From assembly GCA_032718475.1 (NCBI GenBank), contig JAUCBJ010000200.1:35054-99053 (forward strand): a stretch of 64,000 bases of DNA, in the 5' to 3' direction. Shown here piece by piece: positions 50,801 to 62,704 of this stretch; position 1 is the stretch's first letter, and each line of letters begins with the position of its first letter. The notes under the pieces are model-generated. The model was not told the origin of the DNA. It ran no database searches and worked only from the letters and a program-made list of their open reading frames with translations. This DNA comes from Nemertoderma westbladi (taxonomy: Eukaryota > Animalia > Xenacoelomorpha). A program made the translations under genes and the position numbers.

Positions 50801-53069
50801 TAAGGCATTGATAAACAACAAGTTGAAAGTTCCTCGAGCGGAGTTAAAAGCGGCGCTATACGCTACAGCCATCGGCCGGAATGTAACGGAACAGATCGAT
50901 TATCCGTTGGAGAAAACTGTCTATTGCACCGACGCTTTACTCGTGTTGGAGTATATAACCAATGAAGTCTGTCAGTTCAGCGTCTTCGTTACCAACAGAG
51001 TAGCCATTATACTTAGTCGCACAACGATGGATCAATGGAGACATTGCCCCGGAACGATTAATCCAGCAGACATCGCCTCCAGGGGAGCAACTCCACAAGA
51101 ACTGGTAGATACTCCAGACTGGTTAGGTGGACCCGACTTCCTCTACAAAGAAGAAAAAGAATGGCCTCCTCATCTTACTACAGCAGAGATTAGACAGGCC
51201 AAGGGAGCGGAGAAAGTCAAACCTAAAACTCGGGCGAGTAAATCGAAGTTATTTAAACCTATGGTAGATCTGTCTGTACTACATACTTCCGGAGACGACG
51301 CTTTGGATCAGAAACCCACAGCCGCAAATAAGTCTGTAGTGGAAATATGTGAGAAGGATTGGAAATCTGGAATACCAGACGTCTCGCAAGGACTCTCACC
51401 TCTCCTGCAGAGGGCGATACATCACTACAGTTCCTGGAATCGGCTCTGTAAAGCCGTTACATATTTAAGACGATGTTTTCATCATCACTACTCCGGGACG
51501 AAGACCAATAGTGATACCTCTCCACTGACATCTGTGCAGGTCCATGTTGTTAAAGATCTTCCCAAATATAAGATATCCGACAGGTTTCTGAAGGAGAAGA
51601 TCAGTTATCAGGAGCATGAAGAAACCAACAAGCAGATACTGAGACTCCTGCAATGCTATGAGGATTCCGATAAGTATTTCCTGTTGTTGAGAAATCCACA
51701 GATGCGCTTAAGGGATCGTTTCTCTAGCACAATGATAGATGGGTTGATACGTGTTGGAGGAAGATTAACGAATGCTCCATTATCCTTTGACACTAAGTTT
51801 CCCATGCTCATTAGAAATCTTGAGATACAAGTCAAGATGATTGTAGATGTTCACAGCAAACTTTATCATGCTGGTAGAGAACGAGTTCTTAGCGAAATTC
51901 GAACTCGCTATTATTTTTATAAACCCCGTAGAGCTCTGAACCAAGTTCTTAGGAACTGCATACCCTGTAGGAAAGCATTCAGTGGCATAAGGCCTTTAAC
52001 ACAGCGAGAGGCAGAATTACCTAGGGAACGAGTAAGCTTCTATGAACCACCCTTTACTAATACCGGTGTAGATTTATTTGGCCCTATTGAAGTATATCGT
52101 GCTAGGACTATAGTCAAGAGATGGTGTGTCATCTTTGTTTGTATGACTTGTAGAGCTATCCATCTCGATATGGTGAACGATTTATCTACCAACAGCTTCC
52201 TATTAAGCTTACGACGACAGATCGCTCGCTTTGGAACCAGTAACACGATGAGATCTGATAAGGGAACAAACTTCATTGGTGCCAACAATGAAATCAAAGC
52301 TTACGTCAAAGATTGGAACCAAAGACAGGTGGATGATCAGCTAAGGGTAACAGCGTCTAGCTGGACCTTTAACGCCGCCGACGCCCCTTGGTGGGGAGGA
52401 AGTTGGGAGAGATTAATTAGAAGTGTGAAGACTGCATTTCACTTTATAGTGCCGTGCCGCGCGTATCTCACCGACGAACTTTTGCGGACGTTAATGGAGG
52501 AAATCGCCGCCTATCTCAACGAGAGACCGCTTATGCCAGTCTCATTGAGTCCCGATTCCCTGGAAGCGCTAACACCCGCGCACTTCCTACTGAAGAAACC
52601 TGTAGCCATGCTCCCACAATCGGAAATCACAGACGGAGACGAATACTGCCGGCAAACTTGGCAACTTATGCAGTTGTTATCCCATCGTTTCGCTGACCAT
52701 TTCGAAAAACATTATCTGCCCACGCTACAACTTCGAACTAAGTGGTTTGCGCAGCAAGAAAACGTCAGCGCTGGAGACATGGTCCTTATTGTGGATGCAG
52801 ATCTTCCACGTAAGAGGTGACAGACAGGTCGTATCATCGAGACTCACATCTCGGATGACGGTTTGGTGCGATCGGTAGAACTCGTCGTCATGCGACGTAA
52901 CTTCAAGAAACCGGGAATTGTCTTCAAGACACAGCAGCTCAATCGCCCAGTTGGTCGTTTATGTTTACTGGAAAGAGACAGAGAACTCTCCGGAAACTAT
53001 GGAAGACAAGATACCCTTCCCACGACCACCTCCCTAATCCAACAAACATCTAGGGACTCCCCAGCTTAG
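44850..53069 (+). pseudogene. BEL gag-pol polyprotein of copy B, disrupted
   Basis: Zinc knuckles, ALLDSGS, DIEGMFLQV, YMDD, LHVFGDAS, NPADIASRG, H..LYHAG/CIPC, GVDLFGP, SDKGTNF and PWWGGSWERL. Stops at 46806, 49756 and 52818; frameshifts near 47170 and 49850. Confidence 0.95.
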
Positions 53070-54702
53070 CAGCGTCTGGAGTGGGTGTGTGACCATATTA
53101 TTTTATATTCTTATTATTTTATATTTATGTATGTATTATTATGTAATTTTATTATAATCGTTTTCTTTAATTTTATTTAGTAGAATGTTATTTTAGCGAT
53201 TATTTAGTAGATTAGTGCAATGTATATTAGTGTTTATTATTTAATTACTTATATATTATATATTTAGTGCGACGGCGAGAAATAATTATTTTTCTCTTTC
53301 CTTACTGTCCGTATTATATTACAAATACGTAACTACAGTAAGATGAAATATCTGTACTTATTAAAGTACAATAAAGCTCCTACTATATTCAAGTATTATT
53401 GGTAAAGTAGAGTATTAGGAATGCAAAATTCAGATCCTCGTGTCTCGGCTAAACCAAGCTCTGGGTAGACCTTGGAAACGACTTGCATCTTCTCACTGAC
53501 ATTGCTTCGTGCGATATTGCTCTCATACCGTATATTAAATAATACATATAGTAGCGTGATGTCCCTTTAACAGTAGCGTACAACGCAAATAAATCTGTTA
53601 AACCCTTTGACCATCTGCAATTCTAGTCGATTAAGATATCGCGGCACCCACCGATATACTTGAAAGACAAAATTCTAGAATCAGTGGTTAACGTCCCCAG
53701 ACAAGTTCTGGAATAAACTGGTGCCCATCATAAATATTAATTATTAATATTTACAAAATCTGTCAAATTTTAGATCCTTTAAAATTCTAGTCTATTAAGA
53801 TATCGTAGCACTTACCGATATTCTTAAAAAGACCAATTTCCTAGAATCAAGGATCCCAGTCCCCAGACATGTTCTGGAATAAAATTGTGTCTATTTAATA
53901 TTAAATAATAAAATTTACGGGAATAATTTTAAATTCATATTTTAATGAATTTGATAAATTGTTATTTTTATACAATTTATAACATTCCCAAAATTCCATT
54001 AATTAATAGATCATGGGAGCGGAGATTCACCCTATTAAGTATATTAGTGTGCGAGAATCTCCAAAATATAGTCAATAGCCGACAAAATTCATAAAATCAT
54101 GTATAAAGAGGAATATTGACAATTAAAGAATTACTATTAAATAGCATCCCAGATCTGTATGCATGAGAATTACCCTAATTCTACCGCTAGCTTTCCATAA
54201 TGTCACCATGGCAACAACCACGCTAGAATTAGAAGTGAGTTAAAGGAACAGGAAAGGCTTGCCCCATTGAATGGCATAAGGAATAAATAGTACACTGCTG
54301 GTATCCCAGGATACCCAATAATAACGTGGCATTCTGGAAGGCACTGACTAACGTACAAATGGCCCGAATGTGTACAGTTTGTGACAGTTGTGTTGAATTT
54401 GTGCGTTTATAGGTGAATGTTACTGCTAAAGTGTGTTTACAGTAGCGAGTCGCAATTGTGAAAGTAGCCCTAACTCTCCAGAAAGAACCTGAAGTACATC
54501 TAAGCCTTTGGGACGGACAGTGGAGTGACTTGTGCCGGTTATCGTTGTCGTTGTGTAGCTACATCGTTGGCGAAAGCACAGCGACGACGGTACATCGGCG
54601 CTGAGGATCTTGCACTGTCCGGGGGCAAAGAGGGGTAGGCAGCGACGCCCGCTAGCCTAAAATATAAACTCATTATAATATTGATAAACTCATATAGCAG
54701 AT

Positions 54703-56223
54703 ATGACTGAGTTGATAGAAGATGATCTTGGTATCAGGGAGCGATATACTCTACCTTTACAAGTGTTTATCGATAGCTTGATACGCGGCGACGCTGGTCC
54801 AACTACTACGGAGGATGATGGTCGTTATATCGAACCGCCAATGTCCCAGGAGCAACTTACGCGTGAATTGGATTATAGAAAGTTCACCGCTCGCTATACG
54901 CATCGTAATGGTACGTATATGGACTTCTTAACTACCGGCCATCCTATCGATTTACACGATACGGACGATGTAGACACCGAAAGGGAAATAGTTTTATTTA
55001 AATATCCTACCCAGCGGAGGCGGAACGATAAACCGAGAATGGAACACGAGAATTCTATTCGAAACAGACTCGAAGGAGAAGACATTGAAGAGTCGGATAA
55101 ACGCAGCGACTTCAATGATTATCTGGAATTCCTGAGAGAAACATATCTCAATATTGCCAATCAACAAAATCCAGAAACTCGATATCCTCAAGGTATACAT
55201 CATGATCCTATGATAGAACTCAAACGACTCTATTTCACTATGATGTATCTTACCGCCGATCGACCACTACTTGTCATCCCAGATAGCTTCGAACAGATGG
55301 AGGAATATTGTAAAACCGAATAAATATCACCCGCGTTTCCCCTATAAGACGTGCGTCTTTGGTATTATTGCAATGAATGCCCAAGACCCAACCAACAAAC
55401 GGAAAGACATAAACATCCGAAGAGACGTTGCTTTGGACGCGGTTACTCGCTGTATTTACGGGAGTTTCGAGCGAAACTTGTTCGACGTATCACCTACGCT
55501 CGCTCGATTCAAACAATCCTTAAATAAACCTATGATCAGAGTTCCAGAATACTCGGTCAGACCTCCTCATTCTCTAGTTGGACCTCGGACTCTTGATCCT
55601 AATAGTATCACGGATCCTCCCGAACTGTCCTCACTGTTCAAAGATCTAGTGTTACTCGAGCGGTTGGTCGGTGGCACTCCGGTTGTGGGCTCCCTAAATA
55701 TTCGCCCATCTTGCCTGGTCGGATTGGGACGCGGACATCTAATATCGCCATTCAACCGTGTCATCGTCCCTGTTTAACCCGATACAACCTGTCACCGAGG
55801 CGGAGGAAAGAGTTATACGAAACGCGTTGGACACTATTCGTCAAAAGAGCGGAAAATGAACCTACAATTGTTTAAAGAAACGTAAATTGCAGTAGCAAGT
55901 CCAAGCGGTAAACGAATTAACTTTATCTCAGTTCGATCAGGAAATTCAGAATCTCTAAGAAAATATCGAACTTGGACGACCCTATTCTCTGCAAGAGTTT
56001 TGGACGAACGCATCCAACGATAAGCGGAGGAAAATCAGCTCGAGGAGAAGCATATCGAAATAGACGAGACATCGACCGTAACCCTAAACCTTCAGATGCA
56101 ATTGTATTGCACCCTTTACCCAAGGGTTATAGCCCTCCTAGTAAAGTGGCTCGCCCCTAAGAGAAAAGGACTCTTGCTAGCCTCAAAAAACTACGTAAAC
56201 GCCGTCCGCGCAAGAAAAACTAA
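54703..56223 (+). pseudogene. Accessory ORF3 inside BEL copy B (about 500 codons, disrupted), unknown function
   Basis: 206-aa and 168-aa overlapping ORFs are followed by stop-interrupted frames ending in KRTLASLKKLRKRRPRKKN-stop, just upstream of the PPT. A CAG acceptor-like site lies immediately before the ATG. Confidence 0.6.
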
Positions 56224-56293
56224 CTGTTTAGAGTATTTTTATATTTTAGAAACTGTGATTTTTTATATTTTATAGACTAAAATCCCATTTTCT

Positions 56294-56301
56294 GGGAGCG
56301 G
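56294..56301 (+). promoter_or_regulatory. Polypurine tract (GGGAGCGG) with upstream T-run
   Basis: Directly abuts the TG of the 3' LTR. Confidence 0.7.
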
Positions 56302-57479
56302 TGTAAAAGCTTTTGCGGAATTAGCCGGTTATTTTCCCCGTAAAGTACTCTGTAGTTGGTTTAACAGGCATAAAAGGCCGTATCCTTACTGTACTGGTGT
56401 TTTAGTGGACATACAAAGCCATTTCTTCTGTATGTGTACTTTAGCGGACATAATTAGCAATTCTATGACGCAATGCGCTTGAAACAGTGTAGTTACTATG
56501 ACGACAGCTAACAGCTGAGCTGTACACGTGTAGCTTTTCCTTGTTCTCTGGTGTTTCTTTGTTCGGTCAACCAATCAGAGCGATTCTCCTGCTTTTTGTA
56601 CAGAAACCTCCGAGAAATCGCGCAATGCATTATGGGTCAATGTTTACATTTTGTCCTGAGCCCAGAAGATCGGCTTCGGAATCTCTGTTTTTTCAGTCTT
56701 TAGCCCAACATTAGTAGGCTTAATTATAGAACGTATATCTGTTATCAAACCAAACTCATCTCACAACTCACTCACCTAATCATATTGTCAACTACAAACA
56801 CCGCATTTTTACTGCTATTTACTGTCGGTTATTCATTATATCTGTTGATGGAATATTATTATATTGGAGAATATCAATCAATAATCAGACACCCCAATCT
56901 TCTTGATATACTGAAGGTTAGAGAGACCGGTTACATATAACGATTGCGACTTACATTAAAGTGGTTTTGAAGTGAATCTAATGCTATTTCATAGGCACTA
57001 CATGTATTGTCTGTTGTTCTCTTTATATGTGACTAAAATTAGTGAAGGTCGGCAGATCAGTGTGCAGCATTGTGCAGTATTGTGTATGATTGTGACTGAT
57101 AACAAAGCATCTCCTAAAGAATGCGCCATATACGTGAATCTATAGCCATCCCGTTGTGTCTAGTTTAAGTCATAACTCTGTTTACATATTTAGGGCGCCA
57201 CGTCCTAAAGGAACTGTTAATATTTCCCGAAAGTGAATAATATTTGTCAGAGATTATATATATTACGATCAGTCGAATAATACAGTAGGCCTACACCGCA
57301 ATAAGATTAAGCTTCCGAATCCAGTCTCCCGGGTATATCCAACGGGTGAATGGACGCGCATAGACTGGCTTCGGCTAATGTAGTGTATCAAATACTCGTC
57401 ATAGGCTAAAGTCGATTTATTATCTAGAAGACATCCCAATTTGGCAGGTTAAACTGCTAAAGGTCTGAAAGCGCGTACA
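56302..57479 (+). repeat. 3' LTR of copy B (1178 bp)
   Basis: Direct repeat of 38113-39298, followed by TSD AAATG. Confidence 0.97.
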
Positions 57480-59321
57480 AAATGTTTCCGGTTACTATGG
57501 TACAGTAATAAGAAGAGACCTCCTGCGTCGGTAAATAATTGTCTTGGGTTATGAACACGTAAGGTAATTGGCCCTAAGTGGATATCATTTTAAACTGATA
57601 GTAACTATATGTAAAGTGATGAAACATTACAGAAGGTTATTTTTTGCTAGTTTCAATGGTTACAAGGCAACTGCCAAAGATAATCCATTTTTATGGGGCC
57701 ACCATTAAAAATATAGAGGGTCTTATTGACATTTAGAATGTTTCATGATTTTAGCACAAGGGAAGCACATATTTGGCAATGATTTAGAATACTACTGATA
57801 TTTGCACAAATTCATCTTCTCAATTCAATTCAATTCAATTCTCGATTTATCTTAAAACCGTTGGATGCCAGCCATTACACAAATTTGCCTTCCCCATCAC
57901 TGTAATATTTAAAATATATAAACAGCAAAGGCTGTAAAAGAAGGCATAGGCCCACAGTACTTAGATATCCACATTTATGGGGCCTTCGCGCAGCACGAGA
58001 ATCGGTTAACCAGAGAGCGGTTAAACAGAGAAAACTGTGTTCCCGAGAACTTGTTCTTTTTGCTCTACTACTGTACTTCGTTAGCTTGCCGACTTGTTCT
58101 ATTTAACCAATGCTCATAAGACATTCCTATCAAATTACAAATGAATCTGCTGGTTGGTTCTATAATTACAGCTGCTTCTACGTTTCTGACAATTCGCCCC
58201 CTACTGTAGCGGCAGTCGACAGAGGAACTATAGAAGTCTGTCTGTGAGTATAATTTCTGAATACCACTTCTACCAAATTATAGATGAATCTGACGACGAG
58301 AGAGAAGTCGTTCAAATATAATTTATACATAAATAAGGATGTTAACTGGTATTAAGATTAATAATGACATGATGATTTTCATCCCCATGACGTAACGGCC
58401 AATATGATCGACAATTCGGCCAATCCCCTCCTTCACACTTCCTTAGAAAACATTAATTCATTTGAATTCTTATGAAAATTATGATATTTATTAAAATGTA
58501 AAATGCAGCGGTGTAGATATTTATACGTACAGAAGGCACTACAGTATAACATAATGCTTACCGGTAGGCAACCCAAACATATGAAATATTAATCTATTAT
58601 AATAAGGTAAAATAAATGATACAGAAATATTTAATTAATTTGTCAAACTTTGTATTTAAATTGTAATTCTGAAAAACTATGTTTTGTATATTTGGTTAAT
58701 TAAACTTGAGCAGAACTGTTAATGCTAAATTTGGAATCTAATTTGAACTGCCGACGAATATGTTTTAATTAGAGAACATTGGAAAATGTCGCAAAAGTAG
58801 AAATACGTTACATTATTAACGCAACCAGTATTTTATACCTGGTGGAGAAGTCCCAGCTGGATTAGTTCAAATTAGGCAGTGAATCCTATTATTATACTCC
58901 AGTAATTACTATATACACTTATTCTTCTTCAACGTCCAATTACTTCCAACTTGAATTACACAGCCGCTAACAATAAAATTGTCGAAGGCGAATGACGTAA
59001 AAATATTGGCGTTTGCACCATATAAATACTGTAACATTAAATTAATGTTAAACCAATAGGCTTAATCGAGTTTTAAAGAGAATGTAATCAAAAAATATTA
59101 GCACTTCAAAACTTAAACTACATGCGTAATTATGCTTAATTATTTAAGACTGTAAACAAAATCCCACACGCTACCGAACTATCTGGTAAAATTTACCATA
59201 AAGAAGAAATTTTAATTGTTACTTTTTTTTATATTTTATTTTATTATTTAGCCCAAAATATCATTATTATTGCGATATTTCAACCAGTAGCACCTGACTA
59301 CGGCTTACGAACCTAAAACAA

Positions 59322-59450
59322 TTTATAACGCGTAAAAAATCATTTATTACGCGTAAAAAAATCATTTATTACGCGTAAAAAAATCATTTATAACGCGTAA
59401 AAAATCATTTATTACGCGTAAAAAAATCATTTATAACGCGTAAAAAATAA
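59322..59450. repeat. 21-22-bp tandem repeat (6 units) containing ACGCGT
   Basis: Unit ACGCGTAAAAAA(A)TCATTTATW. Confidence 0.9.
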
Positions 59451-59644
59451 TTTCATGTGTCAAAAATTGTGAAACTATTAACGAATAAAAACGCCAAATG
59501 TATGCCATACAGACACGCACCAGTTTCCTTATGTGAGGCGTGAGGCCTAATTCTTTCTATATACAGTGTAGAATCATTTTGTTCTATATTTTGGCAGCTA
59601 CCATAAGCGGACAGATCCCCACGATAGTTTGTTGGTATACCCAA

Positions 59645-60010
59645 GTCTCATTTCTTTGGGGAGAGGCTTTATGACCTTTAGTCCCAATTGGTGGTGACTA
59701 TTCCCCTTTCAGTATCCGGTTGCAAACATCCCAATAATGGCCTGTTTAGCACTCTTGTTTTCCATACCTCCGCTGGGATTTCATCTAATCCACTCGCTTT
59801 ATTATTGGACATGCTTTTAATGCTTCTTTGGAGTTCGGCAGGTGTGAAGTCCCCTGTTTCTATTGGTAGTGTCTTGTCATATATTTTCATTATGCCTGTA
59901 AGGCAGACCTCGATGTTTGGTTGCTGAAGTGATCTTTCCATTTTCCAACACGTTCTTCAGGAGTATTAGCTTTTAGGCGCCCCTTAGCACAACTTTTCCG
60001 ACCAGATACC
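59645..60010 (-). pseudogene. RTE-clade LINE ORF2 fragment
   Basis: GDFTPAELQRSIKSMSNNKASGLDEIPAEVWKT, plus a frameshifted PLPKK..LGIPTNYRG downstream. Confidence 0.8.
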
Positions 60011-60147
60011 TTCGTATGACACCATCTAAATGCACCCAAATATCAATATTCTAAAAGCAGGCATGTTGTTATATACGATTTTTGGGCAGGGATTAGTGGA
60101 AGAACCCTTTTTAGTGGCACTCTATTTGTAATATTCACTTATGTTGT

Positions 60148-60366
60148 ATGCCAGGTCTACCAGCTGTTGAAGAAATCGAAGTGGACGAAGTTCAGCTGCC
60201 GATCGCTCCACATCCGAACAACAACGCCAACCAATCAAACTGGCTGGGCCGAATGCTGCTGAATGATTGCGATTATCAAATGAAACTTTTAGCCGCGGCA
60301 ATAGGAATTCTTCTAGTTGCTCAAGTAACAGTAATAATACTGATGCTGTTACCATCCTTAAAATAA
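60148..60366 (+). CDS. Candidate 72-aa tail-anchored membrane micro-protein
   Basis: Acidic/Pro N-terminus and a single C-terminal hydrophobic segment LLAAAIGILLVAQVTVIILMLL. Abrupt AT-rich 3' flank with AATAAA at about 60451. Confidence 0.4.
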   Translation: MPGLPAVEEIEVDEVQLPIAPHPNNNANQSNWLGRMLLNDCDYQMKLLAAAIGILLVAQVTVIILMLLPSLK

Positions 60367-60666
60367 TTAATTTTATTTTAATTTTAATGTAAATTAATTT
60401 TGCTTCGTAATAACATTCAGTTTTTTATTCCATTATTTTTTTTAGCGTAAAAATAAAATAACTAACTATAATTATTTATATTTATAGACGAATAATAATG
60501 GCGAAGTAGTCAAAGGGAAACGCGATTTCCGACACTTACTGTCACGTAAAGGTCACAAAAACGCCATACAGGTGTGTAACTGAGTGATTGGTATAAATTA
60601 TGTTGTATTAATTAATTATGTTTAGTTCTGTTATAGAAGTTATTTGCTGTGATAATATCTTGTTCC

Positions 60667-61276
60667 TATAACATACATATATATAACATACTGTTATATA
60701 ACATACTGTTATATAGCATACATATATATATAACATACTGTTATATAACATACTGTTATATAACATACTGTTATATAACATACTGTTATATAACATACTG
60801 TTATATAACATACTGTTATATAACATACTGTTATATAACATACTGTTATATAACATACTGTTATATAACATACTGTTATATAACATACATATATATAACA
60901 TACTGTTATATAACATACTGATACAGTATATAACATACTGTTATATAACATACTGTTATATTACACACTGTTATATAACATACTGTTATATAACATACTG
61001 TTATATAACATACTGTTATATAACATACTGTTATATAACATACTGTTATATAACATACTGTTATGTAACATACTGTTATATAACATACTGTTATATAACA
61101 TACTGTTATATAACATACTGTTATATAGCATACATATATATAACATACTGTTATATAACATACTGTTATATAACATACTGTTAAATAGCATACATATATA
61201 TAACATACTGTTATATAACATACTGTTATATAACATACTGTTATATAACATACTGTTATATAACATACTGTTATAT
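60667..61276. repeat. 15-bp quasi-palindromic tandem repeat (ATAACATACTGTTAT)n
   Basis: About 40 units; each unit is ATAACA-TAC-TGTTAT. Confidence 0.95.
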
Positions 61277-61989
61277 TTAATCGAAAATGTCTCCAGGCGG
61301 AGAGATAGTAGGGTTGTTGAGGGTCTAACCACGGTTATAAATAATAAAAAAGTTAATTTACCGTATGCGCATTTCGCCCGTTGCGGGTGTCCTCAGCGGT
61401 ATTTATTTATGATAAAATGAACATTAAAAACAATTTATATAAAAACAGAATGACTGGCTAGGTAGAACGCGTACATTATCATTATAACTATAAGGAAACA
61501 CAGTGACATGCGGTCCTACTGTATGTCTATTTAATTAAGTAAGGGTGGTACAATTAAAATTAAAGTGGGTCTGGCGGGGAGGGGGGACATGTGTCGTTTA
61601 GGTATGTTAGGTAGGTAGGTTGCCAAAGTATGCAAGTACTGTAGCTGACGGTAACTACCTAGGGTTGTAGGGGGTATGAGTCTGCGGCAGGCAGGCTGTT
61701 AACTGGTTGTGGGGAGCTACCGGTTTCAGGCTAGGGGTTACTTAGGGCTGTGTTACTGTATAATTTAGTATCAAGGGGCACGTAGATACAGTATGAATAA
61801 AAATGGCTACGTTGGGCTTTGTTGTGGGCAGTCCGAGAATGGGCGTAGTTGGCGGAAAGTATTTTTAGGACAAGGTTTGAGTCTCGAGAAAATAAGGAGG
61901 AATATTTCAGCAGGTTTGAGAGGGGGGTTTGGGGGGGGGGGGGGGGGGTGGTGGGTTTCTTTGTTAGATGTTTTTAGAATGGTAGGTAT

Positions 61990-62690
61990 AAATAATTATT
62001 GCAGCAAAAATTAAAATAAAATAGCACCATAAAACTGTGAGGTAATAAAACTGTGTACCGCATATACGTCATATGGACCAAAGTGGTTTGGGGTCTGTGG
62101 TAAAAGTATTAAAAAGTACAATAAAACTGTAAATGATTTTGTGAGATAATTAAAGTAGGCCTATGTACTGTATGAAAGATGCGCCAAAATGGTTTAGGGT
62201 CTCGTGAAACTGTAAATGATTTTGAGAGATAATTAAACTATGTACCATGTATACGGCAGATGCACCAAAGTGGTTAGGGGTCTCTGGTAGGAACTTGCGG
62301 GGATATGAATTAATTATTGCAGCAAAATTTCATAAAATATTAAAAATAGCACCGTAAAACTGTAAATGATTTTGTGGGATAATTAAACTATGTACTGTAT
62401 ATACGGCAGATGCACCAAAATGGTTTAGGGTCACTGGTAGGAATTTCAGGGGTTCTTGCGGGGATATGAATTAATTATTGCAGCAAAATTTCATTAAATA
62501 TTAAAAATAGCACCGTAAAACTGTAAATGATTTTGTGAGATAATTAAACTATGTACTGTATATACCAAATACACCAAATGGTTGATGCACCAAAATGGTT
62601 GAGGGTCTCTGGTAGGAATTTCAGGGGTTCCTTAATATTGCAGCAAAATTTAATTAATTATAAAACATAACACCGTAAAAACAAATGTTC
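61990..62690. repeat. About 160-bp imperfect tandem repeats adjoining the Penelope ORF
   Basis: AATTATTGCAGCAAAA...AAAACTGTAAATGATTTTG...GCACCAAAATGG recurs about 4 times (for example 62311 and 62472). Confidence 0.8.
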
Positions 62691-62704
62691 AAACTAGGAT
62701 CGAG

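Larger units (their letters stand above)
38113..57479 (+). mobile_element. BEL/Pao LTR retrotransposon copy B, 19.4 kb (16 kb without the nested P-element), complete but coding-disrupted
   Basis: LTRs 38113-39298 and 56302-57479 with TG...CA ends, 5-bp TSD AAATG at 38108-38112 and 57480-57484, and gag-PR-RT-RH-IN domain order. Confidence 0.98.

Noticed and set aside
54703-55777. env gene
   Set aside because: No signal peptide, transmembrane anchor or Cys-rich glycoprotein pattern is visible.
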